Source: a virus (lineage: Duplodnaviria > Heunggongvirae > Uroviricota > Caudoviricetes). From it: DNA of 64,000 nt. A program made the translations under genes and the position numbers. The DNA is taken from the IMG/VR virus record IMGVR_UViG_3300044796_000656; one strand, given 5' to 3'. Position 1 is the first letter of the stretch; each line of letters begins with the position of its first letter. Below the pieces are notes generated by a model that saw only the letters and a list, made by a program, of their open reading frames with translations, searched no databases and had not been told where the DNA came from. This document shows, one piece after another, positions 17,913-26,082 of the stretch.

Positions 17913-18776
17913 TTGAGAATGACGAATTATGGTGATCCGGGAACGATAGTTCAGGAAAAGACCAGTAAGACGAAGTTGATCAAGGTCCTGGCCGGCGGAG
18001 TCATCGGAGTAGTGGTATTCTTGACGTCCTTCATGGTCGGTTGCATGTCCATGGTCACGATTCCGGCCGGACACGTAGGCGTGGTCACGAAGTTTGGCCG
18101 CGTTACCGGACAGATGGTTTATGAGGGCATGCATTTCCTGAATCCCGTCGTCGCCGTCGAAAAGATGGACACACGGACGATCGAGCTGAAAGAGAAAGCC
18201 GATGTGCCTTCGGCTGAAGGACTCTTGATCGGCTTGGAAGCCTCGCTTCTTTTCCATCTGGACCCCGCCGCGGCGCCCAAAGTCTACCAGTCGATCGGCG
18301 TGGATTACCGCGCGAAAGTTGTCGAGCCCATATTGAGATCCGCGATGCGTGAGGCTACGGCGTCCCATTCGGCGAACGCGCTTTACTCGAAAGAACGCGA
18401 CCAGGTACAGGCTGAAATCGTGGCCGCGGTTACCAGCCAGCTTGGCGTACGCGGCATCGTTGTTGAACGCATCTTGCTGAGAGACATTGCATTGCCGGCG
18501 GCGCTCAAGTCCTCGATTGAGTCCAAGCAGCAGGCCGAACAGGAATCTTTGGCAATGCAGTTCAGACTCCAGAAGGAAAAGCAGGAGGCTGATCGCAAGC
18601 GAATCGAGGCCCAGGGAATCAAAGATTTCCAGGCAATCGTATCGCAGGGCATCAGCGAACCTCTTCTGCGCTGGAAAGGTATTGAAGCGACCGAGAAGCT
18701 GGCCTACAGCCCGAATTCCAAAATCGTGATCATCGGCAGCGGCAAAGATGGAATGCCGTTGATTCTCGGGCACTAA
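17913..18776 (+). CDS. SPFH/band-7 (prohibitin/HflK-like) membrane protein
   Basis: N-terminal TM helix followed by the characteristic SPFH core (VPAGHVGVVTKFGRV...) and a coiled-coil tail. Confidence 0.7.
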   Translation: MRMTNYGDPGTIVQEKTSKTKLIKVLAGGVIGVVVFLTSFMVGCMSMVTIPAGHVGVVTKFGRVTGQMVYEGMHFLNPVVAVEKMDTRTIELKEKADVPSAEGLLIGLEASLLFHLDPAAAPKVYQSIGVDYRAKVVEPILRSAMREATASHSANALYSKERDQVQAEIVAAVTSQLGVRGIVVERILLRDIALPAALKSSIESKQQAEQESLAMQFRLQKEKQEADRKRIEAQGIKDFQAIVSQGISEPLLRWKGIEATEKLAYSPNSKIVIIGSGKDGMPLILGH

Positions 18777-18799
18777 CAAGAATGCAGTCGAGGGGGAGC

Positions 18800-19100
18800 G
18801 TCGGCAGGCGCATAGAACCTTCGGTTGCTGGAGCGACAAAAGGGTTTATGCCCTTGCGCCGGCCGATATCACCGGCGCCTAGCTCCTCGAATTTGGAAGT
18901 ACAAGAATGCAGGGAAGGATCATGGGAAACGGAGTGGCGCTGGCGCCTGATTCGCGCCGGTTGTTCACACCGGCTCTGGGTTCGAGAAGTGCGGTTCGAT
19001 TCCGCTCGCTGGCCGAGGCTTGGTAGGACGGGAGGCATGGTTCGATTCCTGCTGATTCGGGTTCGCACGGCGCGTGTGAGCTAACTCTGGTGAGCAATGG
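18800..19100 (+). ncRNA. unresolved structured-RNA region with tRNA T-loop-like GGTTCGATTCC motifs
   Basis: 530-nt gap with only R-rich or antisense ORFs. Two GGTTCGATTCC and one GGTTCGAG T-loop-like sequences. A GGCGC-CTGATTC-GCGCC hairpin with a 7-nt loop. I could not close canonical acceptor stems by hand. Confidence 0.25.
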
Positions 19101-19313
19101 CCTGACAGTCGGGAAAGACCGACACCGAATTTATGAGTTTGCGGAACAGTAAGACTGAGGGATCGGTAGACCGGCTGGTAATCGGCCGGATTGTGGTCAC
19201 GCATCACAAGAGCCCAAAGACCGTACGGTTTAAGTCGATGACAAGGAGCCATTCCGTAAAGATGGCGATGATCTCGATTCGATCTGTTCCGCGATTAAGT
19301 TCTTAGGAGAGTT

Positions 19314-20555
19314 ATGAGCCAATTTGACGTCATCGACGCCGAGGACGGCAAGATCATCAAGATCTGGGCACGCGGCGTCCAGGTCGAAGACAAGGCAATC
19401 GAGCAGCTCAAGAAGACCGCGTCTTTGCCTTTTATCTATCGCTGGGTTGCTGCCATGCCGGATTCTCACTGGGGTATGGGCGCGACCATTGGTTCGGTTG
19501 TCGCAACCAAGGGTGCGATTATCCCCGCAGCAGTCGGCGTGGACATCGGATGTGGCATGATGGCCGTGAAGTTGAATCTGACACTCGGCGACCTGGGGAA
19601 CATCGCTCTTGGTACGTTGAGGGCTGCGATCGAAAAAGCAGTTCCAACCGGCCGGACGAACAATGGCGATCGCAAGTCAGATCGTGGTGGCTGGCAAAAC
19701 GTACCAGATGCTGTGGATCACATTTGGTGCCGAGACTTATCAACAGACTTTGCAGATATCCTCGAAGCGAATCCAGGTGCTAAGCCGATGAACGATGTAA
19801 ATCACCTGGCTACACTGGGAACCGGTAATCATTTCATCGAGTTGGTCTACGATGAAACCGGTCAACTTTGGGTCATGTTGCATTCTGGATCGCGCGGCCC
19901 GGGGAACAAGTTCGGTGTCTACTTTGTGAAGTTGGCGAAGGAGATATGCAAACGCTGGTTCATTCAGCTCCCTGATCCTGATCTTGCGTACATCCCGGAG
20001 GGAACTCCTGAGTACGCCCGCTACATGAAGGCGTTGCACTGGTCGATGAAGTTCGCCTGGCACAATCGGATACTTATGATGGAACGCATCATTGCTGGTC
20101 TTCAGCAGGTGATTCCAAGTCTCGATACCAGGGATGAATCGGTCCACTGCCATCACAACTACGCCGCGATGGAGAAGCATTACGGCCAGGAAGTCATGGT
20201 TACGCGCAAAGGGGCCGTGCGCGCCCAGCGCGACGAGCTGGGGATCATCCCAGGGTCGATGGGTACTCGCAGCTACATCGTGCGCGGGAAGGGCTGCCAG
20301 GACTCATTCCAGTCGTGTTCTCACGGCGCCGGCCGCGCCATGGGGCGCAAGGAAGCCCTGAAGCGGTTTACCCTCGAAGACCATATCAAGGCTACCGAGG
20401 GAATCGAGTGCGCGAAGGACGTTTCCGTTTTGGATGAGACGCCCCTTGCGTATAAAGATATAGACAGCGTGATGGCGGCGCAGACAGACCTCGTCGAGAT
20501 CGTGCATACGTTCAAACAGCTTATCTGCGTCAAAGGCGCAGGGGATGGAGAATAG
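19314..20555 (+). CDS. rtcB: RtcB-family RNA 3'-phosphate/5'-OH ligase
   Basis: Motifs MPDSHWGMG, VGVDIGCGM, GTGNHFIEL, HSGSRGPG and CSHGAGR. Confidence 0.85.
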   Translation: MSQFDVIDAEDGKIIKIWARGVQVEDKAIEQLKKTASLPFIYRWVAAMPDSHWGMGATIGSVVATKGAIIPAAVGVDIGCGMMAVKLNLTLGDLGNIALGTLRAAIEKAVPTGRTNNGDRKSDRGGWQNVPDAVDHIWCRDLSTDFADILEANPGAKPMNDVNHLATLGTGNHFIELVYDETGQLWVMLHSGSRGPGNKFGVYFVKLAKEICKRWFIQLPDPDLAYIPEGTPEYARYMKALHWSMKFAWHNRILMMERIIAGLQQVIPSLDTRDESVHCHHNYAAMEKHYGQEVMVTRKGAVRAQRDELGIIPGSMGTRSYIVRGKGCQDSFQSCSHGAGRAMGRKEALKRFTLEDHIKATEGIECAKDVSVLDETPLAYKDIDSVMAAQTDLVEIVHTFKQLICVKGAGDGE

Positions 20556-21004
20556 TCGGTGCCAATCTACGGCGGTGGCCCGGCGACTTCCTGGACGTGC
20601 AAGCACTGTGCGGGCGTGATGCGTCTCCAATCGGCGACGCCTGTATGTGGAACACATCGGCTTGCCGGGACTGGAAACGATACACGGATAAGGACTTCAA
20701 CGTAGGTCACCTATACTAACCTTAGATGATCTGCAAGTTACATCGACGGCAATCCCCTAACCGGGATGACGGTCCTAGTCAGGGACGCCGTTCTTGAGGT
20801 TCGCGGCTGACTAACGTGGTCAGCGTAGTAGCTGCGGGTACAGGGGAGCCTCAGGGAGGCGTAGAACCCGAGGCCCCAGTGCGAACCAAGAGTTATGCAG
20901 GTGAGCGGTGCAATACCTGTCACGGTGACGTGGCGGGCGGCTTTACCCGGAGGACTCGAACCTGAGTCGGCTGCCGGACCCGACCGCGAATCTGCTCCTG
21001 ATTT

Positions 21005-21076
21005 CATAACGCTCGTGAAAAGACCAGCATTAGTTGGCATTTTCGGACAGGGGTTCGACCCCCCTCATCTCCACCA
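21005..21076 (+). ncRNA. ssrA: tmRNA acceptor piece (T-arm, 3' acceptor strand, discriminator A and CCA) of a circularly permuted ssrA
   Basis: GGAC-AGGGG-TTCGACC-CCCCT-CATCTCC-A-CCA, closely parallel to the E. coli tmRNA 3' end GGACGCGGGUUCAACUCCCGCCAGCUCCACCA. The 5' boundary is uncertain. Confidence 0.55.
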
Positions 21077-21100
21077 TGATTCTCCCGTTGTTCACTATAC

Positions 21101-21385
21101 GGGGATGTCACGGCTTCGACGGAAATGGACAATAGATGTGGACGAGCCGGATGGCGTGGCCACCGTGGCGCAAGCTGACCCCAGTCGGTAACGACGGGGT
21201 ACAACGGACACGCAGACGATCAAGTGCCAAAAACACTGTCGCCGTCAAGGTCAATGTCACGGTTTTCCCGGCTCGCCGGGCGGCCCTGGCAATGGAACTT
21301 GCCGCCTAGTCTTCGGACTAGGAGGGGCTAAGGACTGAAGCCTTTTAATCCAAGGGGGACCGATGGCGGTCCCCCACAGTTCACT
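21101..21385 (+). ncRNA. ssrA: tmRNA coding piece (5' acceptor strand GGGGATG, tag reading frame ending ...ALAMELAA-TAG at 21307..21309, stop codon inside a hairpin)
   Basis: GGGGATG-TCACGG-CTTCGACGG resembles the tmRNA 5' end GGGGCUGAUUCUGGAUUCGACGGG. GGGGATG pairs perfectly with CATCTCC 24 nt upstream and includes a G3-U70 wobble. The tag frame ends LAA. The 3' end is a strong 9-bp hairpin at 21353..21379. Confidence 0.55.
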
Positions 21386-21401
21386 CTGAGGATATGTATC
21401 C

Positions 21402-21971
21402 ATGATCGTTTTCAATTTAATCGGCGGCCCGGGCGCCGGGAAGTCAACCGCCAGTGCGGCCCTCTTCGTTGCCCTCAAGAATAAAGGCGTACGCGCGGAA
21501 CTCGTCGGCGAAGCTGCCCGAGAGGTTATCTACGACGGCCGTACGGCCTTCCTGGGCAACCAGCTCCTGATGCTCGGCATGCAATACGAGCGTGTTCGCC
21601 GGCTGGCGCGGTCTGGCTGCGACGTGGCGATCTGTGATTCACCGCTGATCCAGAACCCGTATTACGGGCGGGATCTTATTTATTACAAAGAACTCCAAGC
21701 GATTGCCGAGATCATCGATCAGGAATTCACGAATTACAATGTCTGGGTGAAGCGTACAACGCCGTTCGATTCTTTCGGCCGGGTTCAAAAGACAATCGAG
21801 GAGGCCGCCGAGTTTGACGAGATGGTCCGCAGTCTCTTCAAGGAAGACATCTGGCTGGATATCACCGGCGACGCCGAAGGCCAGCGGAAGCTCGCGGAAG
21901 CGGCGATTGCCCTGATTGCGCCGAATTACATCTGGGGACTTCCCGAGACTAAACTCCAAGTTGTCATGTAA
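21402..21971 (+). CDS. P-loop kinase (adenylate/polynucleotide-kinase-like)
   Basis: Walker A motif LIGGPGAGKST at the N-terminus. 189 aa. Confidence 0.6.
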   Translation: MIVFNLIGGPGAGKSTASAALFVALKNKGVRAELVGEAAREVIYDGRTAFLGNQLLMLGMQYERVRRLARSGCDVAICDSPLIQNPYYGRDLIYYKELQAIAEIIDQEFTNYNVWVKRTTPFDSFGRVQKTIEEAAEFDEMVRSLFKEDIWLDITGDAEGQRKLAEAAIALIAPNYIWGLPETKLQVVM

Positions 21972-22063
21972 AAACATCTTTACCTAGAAGGCTGGCTTCG
22001 GCCATGGAAGAAGATCCTGGTTGGGATGGAGCCCCGCCGGGCAAAGCGATCTATCTGGAGTAG

Positions 22064-22078
22064 GTACATCGTACCGCT
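22064..22078. promoter_or_regulatory. copy 3 of conserved intergenic motif TAGGTACATCGTACCGC
   Basis: Identical 17-mer, immediately followed by a terminator hairpin. Confidence 0.5.
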
Positions 22079-22090
22079 AACATCTATCAA

Positions 22091-22119
22091 GCCTGCCTTC
22101 CATCTGGCAGGCTATTTTT
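22091..22119 (+). terminator. rho-independent terminator
   Basis: GCCTGCC-TTCCATCT-GGCAGGC followed by TATTTTTG. Confidence 0.7.
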
Positions 22120-22141
22120 GTGCCCAAAAGGAGATACAAGC

Positions 22142-22339
22142 ATGCGCGTTGAACTGAAAGTCAGTGTAGACGTTGACGCTGGAGAATGCACCGAAGACCC
22201 TTCCCTGATTGCGGATTCTACTCGCGATGCGGTGTATAACGCCTTGGAGTTAGTACGGGATGAAATGGGATTTACCCATTCACTGAGTGGCGAGATTGCA
22301 CTGAACGATATTGAGGTATCGGTTGAGTCGTACAAATGA
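22142..22339 (+). CDS. small acidic hypothetical protein
   Basis: AGGAGA RBS. 65 aa. Confidence 0.4.
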   Translation: MRVELKVSVDVDAGECTEDPSLIADSTRDAVYNALELVRDEMGFTHSLSGEIALNDIEVSVESYK

Positions 22340-23400
22340 GGATCTCGATCGAACAGATGTCGTTGTTCATGCCGCCTCCGCCGCCGGCCGTTATACCTGA
22401 ACTTGAGCCCATCATTTTACCGCCTGAGGCGCCGGAGGAACCAGTAGCGATTGTTCCCGTGACTGTCCAGGCGGAACCTCACGATTGCGAATGGGTGGCG
22501 TTTATTAGGCAGCATGGCTGCACCCCGGCTCTTGGAGATGCCAAGCAACCCTGGGAGTACAAGGGTTGGCTCATGTATTACCGACTGGCATGTGAAGACC
22601 GCTCCGATGTCGTGCCTCGTTGGAATTACTGGGCGGAGACCATGCAGGCTGGCCGGCTGCTCGATAAGCCGATTCCAAAGCTCGTATTCCATGAAACCAC
22701 CGAACGGGACCCTGAGTACAAGTTGGTCGATAAATGGATCGAGCTTGTTCACCAGAAGAATGGCACCTGGGATTCAGTGCGGGATCTCATGGACTGGTTT
22801 CTATGGGGCTTCGCCGCCGCCGATGCGCCGCCTAAGTTCTCGGCTGAGTTAAACGAGGCGCTGTATAGGCAGGTCAATATCGGGCCGCTGCTTCTAAAGC
22901 CAGCCGATTACTTCGGGTCATGGGTTTTGTTCCACAAAGGATCGTGGAATCCGCATGCCTTCTTTCCAACCCCGATGCACGTTGTCACGTTCATGAATCA
23001 GATGACGTTCGGAACTCAGGAAGGCGATTGCAGACTGAAGACCGTGGCCGATCCTTGTGTCGGGACCGGGCGCTTCTTGATGGACGCGAGTAATCACTCT
23101 TTGTGTCTTTCAGGGATTGACATCGATCCGACGAATCTGGCGGTAGCGAAGGTCAATGCGTACTTGTACGCGCCCTGGCTCGCCCGACCGCTCCCTGAGA
23201 GCATTACTGGATATAAACCTGGACGCTTTGGATTGCACTGCGGCAATTCGCTGTCGCAGGAGATGACGGACTATGGTCTGCTCTCGGAAGCCGAAACGAT
23301 GGCTCTGTGGGATGCCCGGAGACCGCCCAAAGATCCGGACGTGCAACCGACGATAAAGCGGAAGCGCCGTAAGAGTTCAACAATGGAACTGGTTCAATAA
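22336..23400 (+). CDS. SAM-dependent methyltransferase-like protein with N-terminal QMSLF peptide and Pro-rich linker
   Basis: DPCVGTGRFL (motif I-like) and GIDIDPTNLAVAKVN. I see no canonical NPPY/DPPY motif. The N-terminus reads EQMSLFMPPPPPAV. Confidence 0.5.
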   Translation: MRISIEQMSLFMPPPPPAVIPELEPIILPPEAPEEPVAIVPVTVQAEPHDCEWVAFIRQHGCTPALGDAKQPWEYKGWLMYYRLACEDRSDVVPRWNYWAETMQAGRLLDKPIPKLVFHETTERDPEYKLVDKWIELVHQKNGTWDSVRDLMDWFLWGFAAADAPPKFSAELNEALYRQVNIGPLLLKPADYFGSWVLFHKGSWNPHAFFPTPMHVVTFMNQMTFGTQEGDCRLKTVADPCVGTGRFLMDASNHSLCLSGIDIDPTNLAVAKVNAYLYAPWLARPLPESITGYKPGRFGLHCGNSLSQEMTDYGLLSEAETMALWDARRPPKDPDVQPTIKRKRRKSSTMELVQ

Positions 23401-23424
23401 ATCAGAAGATGGAGTGAATCTGTA

Positions 23425-23883
23425 ATGACCCCGATCGACAACGAAGTAATCCGGAAGTACATGCAGAAACTTACCACACAGGCACAGGACAACCTGCGGA
23501 CGTTTACCGATATATGCCCGGTGGTGTTCTTTCTTCGCCTGGACGGTTCCGAGATCGAGCGGCGCGGGATGGTTTACCGCGACGACTTCGAAAAGGCGAA
23601 AGCGCAGAAGTGGGTCAACGACCGGGCTAAGAAGCTCCAGCCGGCTGTGATCGTCACCCTGAACGATTCCAATATCAGGAACCCCACAACTGGGGATCTG
23701 ATGTTTGAGGCCGTTGTCATCAGAGCCTTTGGTCCAGGCATCGACTTTGCCCTGCTGACCCCGTACCTGCGCGAGGGTTCTGAACTGGTCATGCAGCCGA
23801 CCATGGAACACGGGAAGAGTCCAGGAGAGACCTCCACAGGCCCTCTCGAACCCTGGTGGGAGTCCAATGGGACAGTTAACTGA
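23425..23883 (+). CDS. hypothetical protein
   Basis: 152 aa. Confidence 0.5.
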   Translation: MTPIDNEVIRKYMQKLTTQAQDNLRTFTDICPVVFFLRLDGSEIERRGMVYRDDFEKAKAQKWVNDRAKKLQPAVIVTLNDSNIRNPTTGDLMFEAVVIRAFGPGIDFALLTPYLREGSELVMQPTMEHGKSPGETSTGPLEPWWESNGTVN

Positions 23884-24181
23884 CGCCCTTGAGAAGGGTG
23901 GTTTGCTTCCTATAGCCCTGTCGGCCGCGGTACCCTTTTGGGTACTGCGACTCCAGAGGGAACCTTGGACAGATATCCAGAAGCGCCTGCCCGCGCTGAG
24001 TCAGCATCTCGCCGAGAAGGGCGACGTAATTCTGTTTCGTTCTGAAAAACCCGGCGAGACCGCGGCTGCGTTCAATGCCCTGGCAGAAGCGATCGCGGCC
24101 CTGTCGTTTGTCCCCGACGGCGTGACAACGTTTGGGCAGCATTACGAGAGCCATCATCCTGATCTGGAGATATCTCAATGA
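23867..24181 (+). CDS. hypothetical protein
   Basis: 104 aa. Confidence 0.45.
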   Translation: MGQLTDALEKGGLLPIALSAAVPFWVLRLQREPWTDIQKRLPALSQHLAEKGDVILFRSEKPGETAAAFNALAEAIAALSFVPDGVTTFGQHYESHHPDLEISQ

Positions 24182-24390
24182 GTGTTTCGAGCACAAAGCA
24201 TGAACTATTGGAAAAGTTAGCCGGCCGCGCGAAGGCGGAAAACATGAAGGACTTGTCCGACTTCGAGATCCATCGCGTATTCAGTCCTTGCGTTAGCCCG
24301 TGTGTCTGCATGTACGCGATTACAGAATGGCGAAATAGTGGTGGGACACTTCCGTCGTTGTATGCCCTTGCGGGGATAATGGAGATCTAA
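24178..24390 (+). CDS. hypothetical protein
   Basis: 70 aa. Confidence 0.4.
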   Translation: MSVSSTKHELLEKLAGRAKAENMKDLSDFEIHRVFSPCVSPCVCMYAITEWRNSGGTLPSLYALAGIMEI

Positions 24391-24530
24391 TGAAGAAGTG
24401 GGTAGTGTACTGGTCTCCGGAAGGTAGACCAATTGCCACGGTAAAAGCAAAGACCGGGAGAGCCGCCATACGAAAAGCACCTTTCTCTTATCGCCGGTAT
24501 TTAGGCGAGCTATACGCGGAGGTTTTATGA
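24390..24530 (+). CDS. small basic protein (46 aa)
   Basis: ATGA-coupled to both neighbours. Confidence 0.3.
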   Translation: MKKWVVYWSPEGRPIATVKAKTGRAAIRKAPFSYRRYLGELYAEVL

Positions 24531-24808
24531 GCACATCGCAGTTTACTCCTGAACAACAGGAAGAGGCCGAGGTCCTGCGGAAGCAGCGCCTGGTGGAGAT
24601 CAACTCCAACGCCGAGCCGGAGCGCGCGGGACTCGAAGCGAAGTACGGCCAGGTCTGGAATACCCAGCAGTTATCCGAGGACTTCTCGGTCATGGGTTTC
24701 GGGGCGCCGTTCGTGGTCGTCAAACGCAAGAGCGACGGTGTAGTCGGATCGCTGGAGTTTCAACACCATCCGAGATTCTACTTTAACTTCGCGGAGGACA
24801 AGAAATGA
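24527..24808 (+). CDS. hypothetical protein
   Basis: 93 aa. Confidence 0.5.
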   Translation: MSTSQFTPEQQEEAEVLRKQRLVEINSNAEPERAGLEAKYGQVWNTQQLSEDFSVMGFGAPFVVVKRKSDGVVGSLEFQHHPRFYFNFAEDKK

Positions 24809-25068
24809 AGTTGCTCGAACTCATGCAGAAAGCAGCCAAGGCCTACGACAGTGACGGAACCTTGGAACTGTGCTTCAACCCGAAGACGGGGGTACCTTGG
24901 GCATCGAAGAAACGCAAACAAGCCGGCGACACCCTGGCTGAGTTCGTTGTCGTCGAGCTGGCGGAGACGTTCGATTCGAGTGCGTCGGAAAAAGAACAGA
25001 AACAGGAAGCTCGACGGGTTATGAATATGGCCATCAGGGAACTCGAAAACGTTATAGCCGTGTTCTAG
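24805..25068 (+). CDS. hypothetical protein
   Basis: 87 aa. Confidence 0.5.
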   Translation: MKLLELMQKAAKAYDSDGTLELCFNPKTGVPWASKKRKQAGDTLAEFVVVELAETFDSSASEKEQKQEARRVMNMAIRELENVIAVF

Positions 25069-25077
25069 GAGGAATAA

Positions 25078-25491
25078 TTGACAGATCCTAAGAAGTATTA
25101 CGAGATCGAGTTCATCTACAGCGATAACGGTCAGCTCTTCAATACCGGCGCCCGGATGACCGAGGAGGAGCAACTGAAGATGTTGCGCATACTTGAACAG
25201 TTTCACAACGCCGGGGCCATCGAGCAGGCATCTGTCGTGCAGCCTTCAGAAATCCAGCAGGATTACGATGCCGCGGTGGGTGAAATCCTGGATGCCCTGA
25301 AAGACGAAGTCACCGACGGCGACGATGTCAGCGAATGTCAGAACTGCAAGCGGGAATGGCCCGATTCCGTTCTGATCAATCCGATTCCCGATCTGATGGA
25401 ACGTGTTGCCCCTGGCGAGCCGATGCCTTCCGGGGAATGTCCCGGATGTGGCGCAGTGTGCCAACCGGTTCCTAAAGAGGATGGCGATTGA
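25078..25491 (+). CDS. hypothetical protein with C-terminal CxxC..CxxC zinc ribbon
   Basis: TTG start. Translation reads CQNCK...CPGCG. Confidence 0.5.
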   Translation: MTDPKKYYEIEFIYSDNGQLFNTGARMTEEEQLKMLRILEQFHNAGAIEQASVVQPSEIQQDYDAAVGEILDALKDEVTDGDDVSECQNCKREWPDSVLINPIPDLMERVAPGEPMPSGECPGCGAVCQPVPKEDGD

Positions 25492-25799
25492 TGAACGTTT
25501 ATCAGGCAGACGCATTCGAGGACCGCGTAAACTACGCGGCCTCCTGCATATCGAAGGGCATGTCCAGTACCCGGCACTTCGATACTTGCTTCGAGATGTG
25601 GGATGGCAACTATGTCGCCGCGGCGTTGGTCCGGCGGACGCTCAAAAACCCGAACACGAAGTTGGCGGCTCGCCTGTTCGTGGTAATCAACCGCGAGATC
25701 GCGATGAAGAACTACGAAGATACCAAACACCTGACCCGGAAGCAGTTGCGTGAGGCGGCCGCGGCGGAGCGCGCGCGGCGCGAGAAGGCAAGCGCATGA
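25488..25799 (+). CDS. hypothetical protein
   Basis: 103 aa. Confidence 0.5.
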   Translation: MMNVYQADAFEDRVNYAASCISKGMSSTRHFDTCFEMWDGNYVAAALVRRTLKNPNTKLAARLFVVINREIAMKNYEDTKHLTRKQLREAAAAERARREKASA

Positions 25800-26005
25800 A
25801 GCGCGAGAATCTGATTGAGAAGTTAACCGCCTTCCCTGAAGGCATCGACGTGATGATTCTCGATGGGTTCAACGCCCAGGGAGAACCCCGCGAGATCAAC
25901 TTTACGAGTACCCGCGTCATCACCCAACGCAATGCCAACGAAGGTGCTGATTGTGAAGGCCGGGTTGGCGAAGAAGTGGCCGTCCTCGGCTTCGGATATT
26001 ACTGA
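25796..26005 (+). CDS. hypothetical protein
   Basis: 69 aa. Confidence 0.45.
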   Translation: MKRENLIEKLTAFPEGIDVMILDGFNAQGEPREINFTSTRVITQRNANEGADCEGRVGEEVAVLGFGYY

Positions 26006-26082
26006 TCTATGGCAGGCCAACAGCTTACTTGTACCGTTGGTATCTCGAAGAAGCCGGAGAACTCCGGTACAAAAGGAATGTC

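Noticed and set aside
18782-19084. 100-aa + strand ORF in the rtcB upstream gap
   Set aside because: It is Arg/Trp-rich, has no RBS and overlaps the T-loop-like RNA motifs. It is more likely non-coding.
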